Part shown: positions 46,959 through 56,965 of the stretch, piece after piece
How positions within the stretch are numbered: position 1 is the first letter of the stretch
How the letters are laid out: each line of letters begins with the position of its first letter
Origin: an uncultured Bacteroidales bacterium
GTDB lineage: Bacteria; Bacteroidota; Bacteroidia; Bacteroidales; UBA932
Assembly: GCA_947177525.1 (NCBI GenBank)
Contig: CAMWUW010000001.1
Span: forward strand, 6,847 to 70,846
Length of the DNA: 64,000 nucleotides
Reading direction: 5' to 3'
Notes under the pieces: model-generated
What the model saw: only the letters and a program-made list of their open reading frames with translations
Databases searched by the model: none
What the model was told of the DNA's origin: nothing
Program-made: the position numbers and the translations under genes

Positions 46959-48878
46959 ATGAAATTATTTAAGAATATTACGGCATTCTTCGCTGTGGCC
47001 GCAATTGCATCCGGCTGTAACGCAGAATACCTTGAGATAGACCAGAACAAGGTTCCGCAGGCTGCTGATTTTCAGGTGAAAGTCGATGTGGACCAGGAGA
47101 CCAACTATGTCACCTTTACGCTTGAAAACAAGAATATGGTCCCTATGTGGATTGTGGGGGATGACGCTGATGTCTCCGGAAAGAAAAAATATGCATACAC
47201 GGGAAGCGGCACCATGCTACGTTTCCGTGATGCAGGAGAACATTCTGTAGAAGTCAAGGCATACAATGCGCATGGTGTGTCATTGGGCTCACGTGTGGTG
47301 ACGTTCAATCTTGAGAATACATGGCGCAATCCTTTCGACCCGTCAAAGTATATCACTATGCTTGCCGGCTCGGAATCAAAGACATGGGAGTGGAACAGCA
47401 CTGTTGACGGGCACTTCGGCTGCGGTCCTGATGCTTCTGACCCGGCCCAGTGGTATGCGGCCAAGGCCGGTGAGAAAGACGGTCTCGGACTTTATGATGA
47501 CAGGCTCACATTCTCAGCAGACGGCAAATTCACCTGGAATCCTGGAGAAGGAGGAACTGTATTCGTGAATGCAGGCTCTGGATACAAGCCGGAATATAAA
47601 GAAGGTTCGGATGACTACCAGGTTCCTGCCGAAGAGTTCACTACAGACTATTCTTTTGAGAACAGCTGGAACGGTGCCGGAGTCGAAGAAGTCTACCTTG
47701 TGCTTCCTGAGGGCAAGAATCTGTCTTATATTCCTCACTTGACAGCACTCAACAATCCGCGTTATCTTGTCAAGGAGCAGACCGCAAAGCAGATTACACT
47801 GGTTATGGATGCCCCTACGGAGAACGGAGGCGGAGGAATTGCCTGGAAATACCAGTTTGTCGTTGAGGGCAGCGTCAAGCCAGATGATCCTTCCGGTCCG
47901 GTGTTTGACCCGAATTCTCCTGACAATCTGTGGCTGGGTGCCGTTACCGATGACCACCATTTCTGGTTTGCGGACAATAACTGGGCAGAGATTGCCCCGG
48001 CAACGGTCACTTCAAATGGCAACAGTCATGAGTTTGTGCTTCCTGAGGGAATCGGCGGAAATCAGTGGCAGGGACAGTTCTTCTTCCAGAATACAGGAAT
48101 AGCTTCAAGCTCAGAGAAGAAATATGATTTCTATTGCGTGCTGAGCTCAACTGCAGACCATGCTGGCGTGACAATCAAGCTTTGTGACCAGGAAGATGAC
48201 GGAGCAATAATCACTGACGGACGCTACGCGCTCAAGGCGTATGAGGATTACGAGGTCAAGGTTATGGCAGTTTCTGGTGTTGACAGCGATAATCTTAAGC
48301 TTGTGTTTGATTTCGGAGGCGGCCAGGGCGGTTCAACCGTAGTCGTAAAGGACATCATTTTCCGTGAGAGCACTGGTGAGCTTCCTCCGGTTCCGGATGA
48401 TCCTACGATTTATGACCCGAACTCACCGGCCAATATGTGGCTTTCCATGAATATTTTGGAAATGTTCTATTTCTATGCTCCGGGCTGGAATCAGATTGCT
48501 GATCCTGTTCTTACCAAGGACGGAAATTCATATACGGTGTCTTTGCCTGAGGCCACGGGAGAACAGTGGCAGGCTCAGATGGCCTTCAAGACTGACATGT
48601 CCTCAAGTGCCGGAAAGAAATATGATTTTTATTGCGTGCTCAACTCCACGTACGACCATCCGGGAGTCACGATAAAGCTTGTTCTCGACGGTGATGACAA
48701 TACTTTCTATTTTGCTGACAAGCATCGTCTCTCTGCCTATGAGGATTATGTGTACAAGGTGTCCGGTATGGATGGAATCGACATGTCCAGAATAAATCTT
48801 TTCTTCGATTTCGGAGGCAACAAGGCCGGAACTGAAATTACTGTAAGTGACATAATTTTCCAGGAGCATCAGGAGTAA
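46959..48878 (+). CDS. Surface glycan-binding lipoprotein with two tandem CBM-like domains
   Basis: Lipobox; duplicated ~165-aa module (DPNSP.N.W ... QWQ.Q ... KKYDFYCVL ... GVTIKL ... FDFGG ... DIIF.E). Confidence 0.75.
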   Translation: MKLFKNITAFFAVAAIASGCNAEYLEIDQNKVPQAADFQVKVDVDQETNYVTFTLENKNMVPMWIVGDDADVSGKKKYAYTGSGTMLRFRDAGEHSVEVKAYNAHGVSLGSRVVTFNLENTWRNPFDPSKYITMLAGSESKTWEWNSTVDGHFGCGPDASDPAQWYAAKAGEKDGLGLYDDRLTFSADGKFTWNPGEGGTVFVNAGSGYKPEYKEGSDDYQVPAEEFTTDYSFENSWNGAGVEEVYLVLPEGKNLSYIPHLTALNNPRYLVKEQTAKQITLVMDAPTENGGGGIAWKYQFVVEGSVKPDDPSGPVFDPNSPDNLWLGAVTDDHHFWFADNNWAEIAPATVTSNGNSHEFVLPEGIGGNQWQGQFFFQNTGIASSSEKKYDFYCVLSSTADHAGVTIKLCDQEDDGAIITDGRYALKAYEDYEVKVMAVSGVDSDNLKLVFDFGGGQGGSTVVVKDIIFRESTGELPPVPDDPTIYDPNSPANMWLSMNILEMFYFYAPGWNQIADPVLTKDGNSYTVSLPEATGEQWQAQMAFKTDMSSSAGKKYDFYCVLNSTYDHPGVTIKLVLDGDDNTFYFADKHRLSAYEDYVYKVSGMDGIDMSRINLFFDFGGNKAGTEITVSDIIFQEHQE

Positions 48879-50014
48879 TGAGAATGTTTTCTGTAATATC
48901 TGCAGCACTTGTGGTTTGCTGCGCATGTGCCGGGCCGGCGGAAACGCCGGCCTTTCAGGGCACGCTTTCGTTTGGCCCTTCTGAGCTTGTCTTCGGATAT
49001 GAGGAAGGCGAGACGGTCGTGACTGTTGAATCTGATTGTGAATGGGGTGCAGCTGTAAGCGACCCTTCATGGTGCACGATATTTCCTGGCGGAGGAGTTG
49101 CCGGAAAAACAGAGGTAAAGGTGAAGGTGCAGAAGAACCTGTTTGCGGAAGAACGTGAGAATTGCATAACTTTCCGCTATGGCCGTAAAACTGCCGAACT
49201 GCCTGTGGTACAGACTCCGAGCAGCGACGGGCCGCAGATGTTTGTTCCGGAAGGTTACAAGCTTTTCTGGAGTGACGAGTTCGAGGGCAATTCCTTGAAT
49301 ACTGACAACTGGACTGCCGAGACCGGTGCCGGAGGATGGGGAAATGCCGAACTTCAGTATTATACGGACAGGACTGAAAATGTGGCAGTACGTGACGGCA
49401 AGCTTGTCATAACTGCAAGGAGAGAGAATTACAACGGTGCTCCTGTGACTTCTGCCCGCCTTATCACGCTTGACAAGGTGAAGTTCCTTTACGGATATGT
49501 CGTGGCTTCCATAAAGCTTCCCAAGACTGCAAACGGCCTGTGGCCTGCATTCTGGATGATGGGCAACGATATCAGGACAAATCCTTGGCCCAACTGCGGT
49601 GAGACGGATATTTTGGAGATGGGACATGCCAACGGAATTGCAGCCGGAACCCAGGAGAAATTCCTGAACGGTGCCTGCCATTGGGGTGTGCCGGGGCATC
49701 AGTACTATGCCCATGACATAACCAACAGCTATTCCGTGCAGGACGGCAAGTTCCATACTTTCACCTGCATCTGGGACGAGGATTATATACGCATGTATAT
49801 CGATCTCGAGACTTATCCGGACGCAAAGCCGTATTTTGAGATGAAAATTGTTGATTTCGGTGACAATGAATTCCGCAAGGAGAATTTCATCCTTCTTAAT
49901 CTTGCCGTCGGAGGCAATTTCCCTGCAATATGGGACATCGGCCAGGTGACGGCTCTCAGGGATGGAGAGGCTGCCATGGAAGTGGACTATGTGCGGGTGT
50001 TCCAGAAGAAATGA
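48878..50014 (+). CDS. BACON + GH16 endo-beta-1,3-glucanase (laminarinase-type)
   Basis: Motifs WSDEF, GWGNAELQYY, GLWPAFWM, catalytic GETDILE, LNLAVGG, VDYVRV. Confidence 0.93.
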   Translation: MRMFSVISAALVVCCACAGPAETPAFQGTLSFGPSELVFGYEEGETVVTVESDCEWGAAVSDPSWCTIFPGGGVAGKTEVKVKVQKNLFAEERENCITFRYGRKTAELPVVQTPSSDGPQMFVPEGYKLFWSDEFEGNSLNTDNWTAETGAGGWGNAELQYYTDRTENVAVRDGKLVITARRENYNGAPVTSARLITLDKVKFLYGYVVASIKLPKTANGLWPAFWMMGNDIRTNPWPNCGETDILEMGHANGIAAGTQEKFLNGACHWGVPGHQYYAHDITNSYSVQDGKFHTFTCIWDEDYIRMYIDLETYPDAKPYFEMKIVDFGDNEFRKENFILLNLAVGGNFPAIWDIGQVTALRDGEAAMEVDYVRVFQKK

Positions 50015-50017
50015 TAG

Positions 50018-52246
50018 ATGAAACTGTACATGAAAAAGTATTTTAGAAATTTGACTGCTGCCGCTGTGCTTGCATCATTGGTTTCATGTTCCGGAACTTC
50101 GGATGAAGCGGAAAGGAAGGCTGACGAGCTGCTTGCGCGGATGACTTTGCGTGAAAAAATAGGACAGATGAACCAGGTCTCCGGCGGATACGGGCTTATG
50201 GATATGGCCGCCGCGGGAGAGGTCGGGTCAATCTTGAATTGCGTTGATCCTGTAGAGATAAATGCCGTTCAGAAGGCTGCTGTTGAGGAAAGCCGTCTTG
50301 GAATTCCGCTTATTGTCTCGCGTGATGTGATCCACGGCTTCAGGACGATTTTTCCCATACCTTTGGGTCAGGCTGCCACCTTTGATCCGGAGATTGTTGA
50401 GCGGGGTGCACGCGTGGCTGCTGTGGAGGCTTGTGCAAGCGGCGTCAGATGGACATTCTCACCGATGCTTGACGTGGCACGCGATCCGCGCTGGGGACGT
50501 GTTGCAGAAGGTTCGGGCGAGGACCCTTATCTGACTTCGCTTATGGGCATGGCCATGGTGCGGGGCTATCAGGGAGACTGTCTCGGAGAAGAGTCCTCAA
50601 TGGCAGCATGCATAAAGCATTTTGCCGGTTACGGAGCTGCTGAGGGAGGACGTGACTACAATTCCACAATGATTTCCGAGCGTTCACTGCGCAATACGTA
50701 TTTGCCTCCGTTCAAGGCATGCGCGGATGCCGGTGCCGCGACTTTGATGACTTCTTTCAATGAGATTGACGGTGTGCCTTCTACCGGCAACCGATGGCTT
50801 CTGAAAGATATTCTGCGTGATGAGTGGGGATGGGACGGAATGGTGGTAACTGACTGGAATTCAGCCGGGGAAATGATTGCACACGGCTTTTCGCGTGATC
50901 TGGAGCATTCTGCTGAGCAGGCTGTCAATGCAGGTGTTGACATGGATATGATGTCATTCGGCTTCATATCCCATCTGGAGCAGCTTGTGAAGGACGGGGC
51001 CGTGTCGGAAAAGGAGATAGACCGCGCTGTACGCAATATCCTTGTTCTGAAATACAGACTCGGACTTTTTGACAATCCTTATGTTGATACGGAGGCGTCT
51101 GCAAAGGTTGATTATGCCGGTGAGCATCTTGAGGCTGCATATCAGTGTGCGCTTGAGTCCGCTGTGCTCCTTAAGAACGATGACAGTGCGCTTCCGATAA
51201 AATGCGGCAGCAGGATTCTTGTCACCGGTCCTTTGGCCGATGCTCCTTACGAGCAGATGGGAACCTGGGCCTTTGACGGCCAGAAAGAACATACCGTGAC
51301 ACCGCTCGCCGCGTTGAGGCAGATTTACGATGTCATCTGGGAACCCGGCTTAGTGTACAGCCGCGACAAGGACAAGTCCTCATTTTCCAAGGTGCGTGCG
51401 GCCGCTTCCAAGGCTGATGCCGCCGTGGTTTTTGTAGGCGAAGAGGCTATCCTTTCCGGTGAGGCCCATTCCCTGTCTGACCTTTGTCTGCAGGGGGCGC
51501 AGAGCGAACTTATTGCAGAGGTTGCCAAAAGCGGGAAACCTGTTGTGGCCGTTGTAATGGCGGGACGTCCATTGACAATTGAACGTGACCTTGCCAATTG
51601 CGATGCAATGCTGTATGCGTTCCATCCGGGCACTATGGGCGGCCCTGCGATTGCAGATCTTATCTGCGGCAAGGTTTCCCCTTCCGGAAAGCTCCCTATG
51701 ACTATGCTCCGTGATGCGGGACAGGCTCCATTCTATTATAACCACAACAACACAGGACGGCCTTGCAGCGGGAATGAGACTCTTCTGCATGACATTCCTG
51801 TCGGGGCGGGGCAGACTTCCTTAGGGTGTACGTCTTATTATCTTGATACGGGCTACGGTCCGCTTTTCCCGTTCGGCTACGGGCTCTCATACTCTTCTTT
51901 CTCATACGGAAAGCCGGAACTTGAGTCTTGCGTGCTTGAAAGGGACGGCATTTTGCGGGTTTCTGTCCTGTTGGAGAATACGGGGAACTGTGCGGCTACT
52001 GAGGTTGTCCAGCTTTATGTACAGGATTGCGTCGGAAGTGTAGTGCGTCCGGTAAAGGAACTGAAACGCTTCAGAAGGGTGGCGCTTGCTCCCGGAGAGT
52101 CTTGTACTGTCGGATTTGAACTTCCGGTTTCAGAACTGGCGTTCTGGAACGCAGACATGAAGCACGTGGTGGAGCCTGGAGATTTCAGACTCTGGTTGGC
52201 CGGGGATTCCGCTTCCGGAGAACCTGTGGGTTTCTGTGTCAGATAA
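50018..52246 (+). CDS. GH3 beta-glucosidase (BglX-like)
   Basis: Motifs SRLGIP, DVIHG, RDPRWGR, KHFAGYG, VVTDW, FPFGYGLSY, PVKELK.F. Confidence 0.95.
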   Translation: MKLYMKKYFRNLTAAAVLASLVSCSGTSDEAERKADELLARMTLREKIGQMNQVSGGYGLMDMAAAGEVGSILNCVDPVEINAVQKAAVEESRLGIPLIVSRDVIHGFRTIFPIPLGQAATFDPEIVERGARVAAVEACASGVRWTFSPMLDVARDPRWGRVAEGSGEDPYLTSLMGMAMVRGYQGDCLGEESSMAACIKHFAGYGAAEGGRDYNSTMISERSLRNTYLPPFKACADAGAATLMTSFNEIDGVPSTGNRWLLKDILRDEWGWDGMVVTDWNSAGEMIAHGFSRDLEHSAEQAVNAGVDMDMMSFGFISHLEQLVKDGAVSEKEIDRAVRNILVLKYRLGLFDNPYVDTEASAKVDYAGEHLEAAYQCALESAVLLKNDDSALPIKCGSRILVTGPLADAPYEQMGTWAFDGQKEHTVTPLAALRQIYDVIWEPGLVYSRDKDKSSFSKVRAAASKADAAVVFVGEEAILSGEAHSLSDLCLQGAQSELIAEVAKSGKPVVAVVMAGRPLTIERDLANCDAMLYAFHPGTMGGPAIADLICGKVSPSGKLPMTMLRDAGQAPFYYNHNNTGRPCSGNETLLHDIPVGAGQTSLGCTSYYLDTGYGPLFPFGYGLSYSSFSYGKPELESCVLERDGILRVSVLLENTGNCAATEVVQLYVQDCVGSVVRPVKELKRFRRVALAPGESCTVGFELPVSELAFWNADMKHVVEPGDFRLWLAGDSASGEPVGFCVR

Positions 52247-52387
52247 CCCGATGCCATGATTTTTTTGCAAAGGTGTAACGTAAAGGTTTTGAGTTGTCTC
52301 CGTTACGCCTTTTCTGATATTGTTGAGGACGGTGCCCGGCCATTCTCAGACGCATTCCCCGCCGGCCTTGCTGATTCAAAGATTTTT

Positions 52388-52494
52388 TGTGGTCGTAAGC
52401 CTTTGATTCTTAGTTACTTCCTGATATTCGTTGCCCCAAAAACGGGGCAGCGAATATCAGGAATCAGTTGATTCACAGCTGGTTGCGTACCACG
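52388..52494. repeat. Family C palindromic element, copy 2
   Basis: 20-bp stem 52418-52437 / 52444-52463, loop AAAAAC, ends TTGCGTACCACG; flanks match the reverse complement of 30662-30771. Confidence 0.9.
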
Positions 52495-52657
52495 CATTAT
52501 GGAGTATATCTTTGGGAATGACACAAAAAAGTCTATTCAGAACGCATGGTTGTAAGCAAAAAGGAATAACTTTGTACAAGTCCGTGTGATAGAGCAGATT
52601 CGGGCAGATGGAATGTTCCGGTCTGCATGTCCTCGGGAAATTTTATATGATTCATAT

Positions 52658-54298
52658 ATGAAGAAGCTATTGTTCGCAATGCCGCTTGTGGCTGCGTGCC
52701 TGCTGTTCCTGGCAGGATGTGAGAAAGGGCCTGCCGAAAAAGAATATGTGCAGCCCGAAGGGTTTGCCTCCCTTGTGAAGGCCCATGAAGCAAAGGAAAT
52801 ATTTGACTGTGCCCAGGTGCAGGGGGATAAAGTCGTCCTGTCCTTCATTGGAGGACTCAGGCTGGAAATCCTGAATACTTCTTTCCGGATTTATGACTGC
52901 ACAGGCGTAGCGCCTGCCGAAGTGCTGCTTTCCGAATCTGACGGAGAATGGATGCTTGGAGGGCATCTGAGCGGAGTCCCTTATACTCCTCAGCTGGCAT
53001 CAGCCGATGCTTTTCCGGTGTATGTTTATTATGACAGTCTGACATTGTATGTATATGTCAGCAATGGGAAAATGTTGAAATTCAGAAGCATGGCCCTGAT
53101 GCAGCGTATTCCTTCCGTGAGAATTTACACCGAAGGGCAGGCTCCTATACTGGACAAGAAAACTTATGTTCCAGGGACAATAACCGTTTCCGACCCGGAA
53201 CTTCTGTACAGTGATGTCCCTGAATTTACCGCAGAGATGGGAATCAGGGGGCGCGGCAACTCTACGTGGGACTTTCCGAAGAAACCTTGGAAAGTCAAAT
53301 TGAAGGAAAAGGCATCTCTTCTGGGCATGCCGGCCGACAAGGAGTGGTGTCTGCTCGCCAATTATGCTGACAGGACTCTGATCCGCAACATAGTGGCCAT
53401 GCGCCTGTCGGAAATATGCGGATTCAGCTGGACTCCGCGCATGTGCAGTGTGGAGGTCTATCTCAATGACAAGTATCAGGGAGTATATACTTTCTCGGAG
53501 CATAAGAAAGTGTCTTCCGGCAGAGTAAATATTGATATTGCCAGTGCGGCAGACAATAGCGGTGATGCAATGACAGGAGGATACTATTTCGAGATAGAGC
53601 AGCAGCAGGATGCCGAGACATGCTGGTGGACTTCAATGAGTGTACCTATGATGTTCAAGGAACCGAAGATTCCTACCCAGGTCCAGTTGTCTTACGTCAA
53701 GGGATACTTCAATGATTTTGAGAAATCGTTGTACAGCAGTGATTTCGCTGACCCTGAGAAGGGATATGCCAAGTTCATTGACGTTGAATCATTCGTGAAT
53801 TATTACATTGTGCAGGAACTTACAAAGAATATTGACGGCAATCTCCGTAAGAGTACTTTCATCACGAAAGAGAGGGGAAAGAAGCTGGAAATGTATCATT
53901 TGTGGGACTTTGACCTGACTATGGGGGCGTGCGGCTGTTTTCCTTGGGAAATCGGAGGCGGCCCTGAAAAGTTCTGGGTCAGGGATTACACTCCTGCCAA
54001 TTATCGCGGAGACAACTGGTTCGGACTTATGTTCCGCGACCCGGCTTTTGTGAAAAGGGTTCAGGAAAGATGGAATGAACTGCTGCCGCAGCTGAGGACA
54101 ATCCCTGATTATATAGATGAGCAGGTGTTCATTCTGGAGGAGGCGCAGAAAAGGAATTTTGAGGTCTGGAACATAAAGGAAGCAGTCGGCTGGGTAATGT
54201 TCCCTTCCCGCGGCTCGTATGAAAATGAGGTCGGATATCTCAAGGATTTCTATCTGAAACGTCTGGAATGGCTTGACGGACAGCTTGCCCTGTTGTAG
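52658..54298 (+). CDS. CotH kinase-like lipoprotein
   Basis: Lipobox (LAGC); motifs IRGRGNSTW..PKKP, W.LLANY.D.TL.RN, Y.GVY...E, N.DG, WDFDL. Confidence 0.88.
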   Translation: MKKLLFAMPLVAACLLFLAGCEKGPAEKEYVQPEGFASLVKAHEAKEIFDCAQVQGDKVVLSFIGGLRLEILNTSFRIYDCTGVAPAEVLLSESDGEWMLGGHLSGVPYTPQLASADAFPVYVYYDSLTLYVYVSNGKMLKFRSMALMQRIPSVRIYTEGQAPILDKKTYVPGTITVSDPELLYSDVPEFTAEMGIRGRGNSTWDFPKKPWKVKLKEKASLLGMPADKEWCLLANYADRTLIRNIVAMRLSEICGFSWTPRMCSVEVYLNDKYQGVYTFSEHKKVSSGRVNIDIASAADNSGDAMTGGYYFEIEQQQDAETCWWTSMSVPMMFKEPKIPTQVQLSYVKGYFNDFEKSLYSSDFADPEKGYAKFIDVESFVNYYIVQELTKNIDGNLRKSTFITKERGKKLEMYHLWDFDLTMGACGCFPWEIGGGPEKFWVRDYTPANYRGDNWFGLMFRDPAFVKRVQERWNELLPQLRTIPDYIDEQVFILEEAQKRNFEVWNIKEAVGWVMFPSRGSYENEVGYLKDFYLKRLEWLDGQLALL

Positions 54299-54320
54299 AC
54301 ATTGTCCGATTCATCATACT

Positions 54321-54373
54321 GCAACGCCTCCGGTTTAATGACGGCCAGTGCGCCGATAAACCGGAGGCGTTGC
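54321..54373. terminator. Long hairpin between convergent genes (likely bidirectional terminator)
   Basis: Perfect 17-bp stem GCAACGCCTCCGGTTTA / TAAACCGGAGGCGTTGC, then TTTATTTT. Confidence 0.8.
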
Positions 54374-54419
54374 TTTATTTTATCTTCCTGGTGTTCCGCT
54401 TGTGGAGTTTACCTGCGGT

Positions 54420-55136
54420 TCATTTGCGGCTTATGAGGATTTCCATAAGCTTTTCTGGTGTCATCTCCGTAAAATCATCTATGACCATGTCGCACAGATG
54501 TTCTATGGATTCACGTGGATTGGTGGTCGCAAGCCCTATTACAAATGCTCCTGAGGCTTTTCCGGCTGATATGCCATGAAACGAATCCTCGAAGACTACA
54601 GTTGTCCGCGGTGTACCTCCAAGCACGGACATGCCTTTCAGGAAACATTCCGGATCCGGTTTTGACTTTGTGAAATCCTCGCTTGTCAACACACGGTCAA
54701 CAATTGACCTGAGTTCCGGCCTGGCCTTATGGACCTGCTCCATTTTTCTTGCATTGGAACTCGTCACAATTGCCGTCGGAATCCCGGCTTTCTTCAAGGC
54801 TCTGAGGAACGTGTCGGCTCCTTTGATATAGTCATAAGGCATGCTGCACTCCAGCTCATTGATTTTCTGTTCAATGAACTTCCTGTCTTTTTCATCCGGA
54901 AAGTGCTTTTCGAATATCTGGACGAGCGTCTGTCCCTTGATTTTTTGACCGAAATCTTTAATTCCGATATTGAAATCTTCCTTGCCGAGGCTGTTCCAGA
55001 ATGCGGTGTAGATGCTCTCGGTGTCAGACACTACACCGTCAAAATCAAAGAGCACAACGCTCTTTCCTGTATGCATATCCATGTTTGTGCAGTCTTGTAT
55101 GTTTGCCTGATTAAATTCCTGGAAACCGGTCATCAC
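54420..55136 (-). CDS. HAD-family phosphatase (beta-PGM-like)
   Basis: Motifs FDFDGV..DTE, VTSS, KPDPE, VFEDS..G. True start may be somewhat downstream. Confidence 0.9.
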   Translation of the reverse strand: MMTGFQEFNQANIQDCTNMDMHTGKSVVLFDFDGVVSDTESIYTAFWNSLGKEDFNIGIKDFGQKIKGQTLVQIFEKHFPDEKDRKFIEQKINELECSMPYDYIKGADTFLRALKKAGIPTAIVTSSNARKMEQVHKARPELRSIVDRVLTSEDFTKSKPDPECFLKGMSVLGGTPRTTVVFEDSFHGISAGKASGAFVIGLATTNPRESIEHLCDMVIDDFTEMTPEKLMEILISRK

Positions 55137-55152
55137 AAATGCTTGCAGATTC

Positions 55153-56784
55153 TTATTTCCTGGCTGCTATCATCGGCTCCTCCAAAGCTTTGTGCAGCTG
55201 CCTGTCATAGCGCAGACGTATTTTTGCCCCTGCCTCCTGGAACCAGTACCTTGTCGCAATCTCTTCTTCAATGAATGGGACAATCTCATTCTTTTTGAGC
55301 CTGATGAACTTCTCCTTGTCCATTTCGAGTGCCTTCCCGAGTGCATCAAGTTCCTGCGACATGGATTCTGCCAGGCCGTCTTTTTCAAGCTCTTTCTTCA
55401 TCTGGTCATAAAGAGTCTTTGCGCTGCTCCTGTAGTCAAATTCCTGTGTCTTGGCAAACCTTATGAAATCCTCGAAATCCTCATCACTGAAATGGAAGTC
55501 ATCCACTGCAGGAATACTTTCGTGACGCCGTGCATAGTCAATTACATACTGGTCAATCACGCCTCCGAGCACAAGTGCATATACAAGTCTGCTGTATGAC
55601 TGCGATGCGACCTCAACATCCGGGGTTATTCCTCCTCCGTCGCGCACAGTCCTTCCCGAAGCAGTCCGGAATTCGCGTGTAAGCGAGTCCGGAATATGTC
55701 CTACGCTTCCGTCCTCATTGCGGTGCGTATAGTCGATGGCCTGTACGCATCTGCCGCTTGGAGTATAATATTTTGCCGTAGTCACCTTCATCTGTCCGTT
55801 ATAGGCAAGTGGCCTTATCGACTGTACGAGTCCTTTGCCGTAGCTCCTCTGGCCCATTATTGTGGCCCTGTCCATGTCTTGCATTGCTCCGGCCACGATT
55901 TCAGAAGAGGACGCTGATGCCGAATCAATCAGTATGACAATAGGCATTTCCGTGTCTATCGGCTCTGTCGTAGTATAGTATTCTTTCTTGGAGTCGGCTG
56001 TATTTCCTTTTGACGAAACGACAAGAGAACCTTTTGGTACAAAAAGAGAAACGATGTTTATAGCCTCTCCCATGAGACCTCCTCCGTTGCCGCGAAGGTC
56101 AAGTACAAGCCGTTTCATGCCCTGGGATTTCAATTCAAGGAATTTCTGCCGCAGCTCTCCCGAGACATTGTCCGTAAAACCCCTTTGGAGGATGTAGCCT
56201 GTTTCTGCATCAAGCATTCCTGCATACTCAATGTCAGGAAAGTGTATCCTTTGTCTTACGATAGGAACCTCCACTGTGTCTGCCGTGCGCACTTTCTTCA
56301 CCTTGAATGTGACTGTTGTACCAGGCTTTCCTTTCATCCTGTCGCTGCTTTCTTTGGTTTCAAGCCCCTTTGTAGGCATCCCGTCGATTTCGATGATTTC
56401 ATCTCCGCATGACAAGCCGCTCTTGTGGGCAGGGGAACCGTAATACGGCTCATTTATTATCACGTTCCCGTCCTTTTTCTTATATATGATTGCTCCGATG
56501 CCTCCGTATGTGTTTGAAAGCATCATCTGGAGGTCCTCATTCTCTTCCTCAGGTATATAGATTGTATATGGGTCAAGTTCTTCGAGCATTGCATCGATTC
56601 CTGCCCTCATGATTCTGTCTATTGGCAGCGAGTCAACGTATGAACGGTTGAGTTCCTTGATTACCGAGTTGTGGATTTCAGTCCATTGGCCAAGTTTGAA
56701 ACTTTGGGACTGGGCCGATGACGGTTCTGCCGCCGATGCAATCATGGCTGTTGCCATGATGAGTGTAATTATGTTTTTTTTCAT
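55153..56784 (-). CDS. S41 family C-terminal processing peptidase
   Basis: LDPYT, PDZ (GGIG), DLRGNGGG, SASSSEIVAGA.QD, GKGLVQ, TAKYYTPSGR, GGI.PD. Start taken at MKKNII signal peptide. Confidence 0.93.
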   Translation of the reverse strand: MKKNIITLIMATAMIASAAEPSSAQSQSFKLGQWTEIHNSVIKELNRSYVDSLPIDRIMRAGIDAMLEELDPYTIYIPEEENEDLQMMLSNTYGGIGAIIYKKKDGNVIINEPYYGSPAHKSGLSCGDEIIEIDGMPTKGLETKESSDRMKGKPGTTVTFKVKKVRTADTVEVPIVRQRIHFPDIEYAGMLDAETGYILQRGFTDNVSGELRQKFLELKSQGMKRLVLDLRGNGGGLMGEAINIVSLFVPKGSLVVSSKGNTADSKKEYYTTTEPIDTEMPIVILIDSASASSSEIVAGAMQDMDRATIMGQRSYGKGLVQSIRPLAYNGQMKVTTAKYYTPSGRCVQAIDYTHRNEDGSVGHIPDSLTREFRTASGRTVRDGGGITPDVEVASQSYSRLVYALVLGGVIDQYVIDYARRHESIPAVDDFHFSDEDFEDFIRFAKTQEFDYRSSAKTLYDQMKKELEKDGLAESMSQELDALGKALEMDKEKFIRLKKNEIVPFIEEEIATRYWFQEAGAKIRLRYDRQLHKALEEPMIAARK

Positions 56785-56965
56785 CCTTCCGGAATTTTTT
56801 GTTTCTTTTCTTGAATGGTTATATGTGCCCGGAACCAGCCTGTGGTATGCACTTTGCTGGGCTTTGGCCGCCGGGGCATGAGTCCCTGCATATAACATGC
56901 CGCAAAAGTACGAAATATTTTATACCTTTGCAGCGGTTTAACAGTAATAAAAAATAAGCAGTTTT

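Noticed and set aside
40313-52246. Beta-1,3-glucan PUL as a novel system
   Set aside because: The SusR-like + SusC/D + SGBP + GH16 + GH3 architecture matches known Bacteroides beta-glucan PULs.
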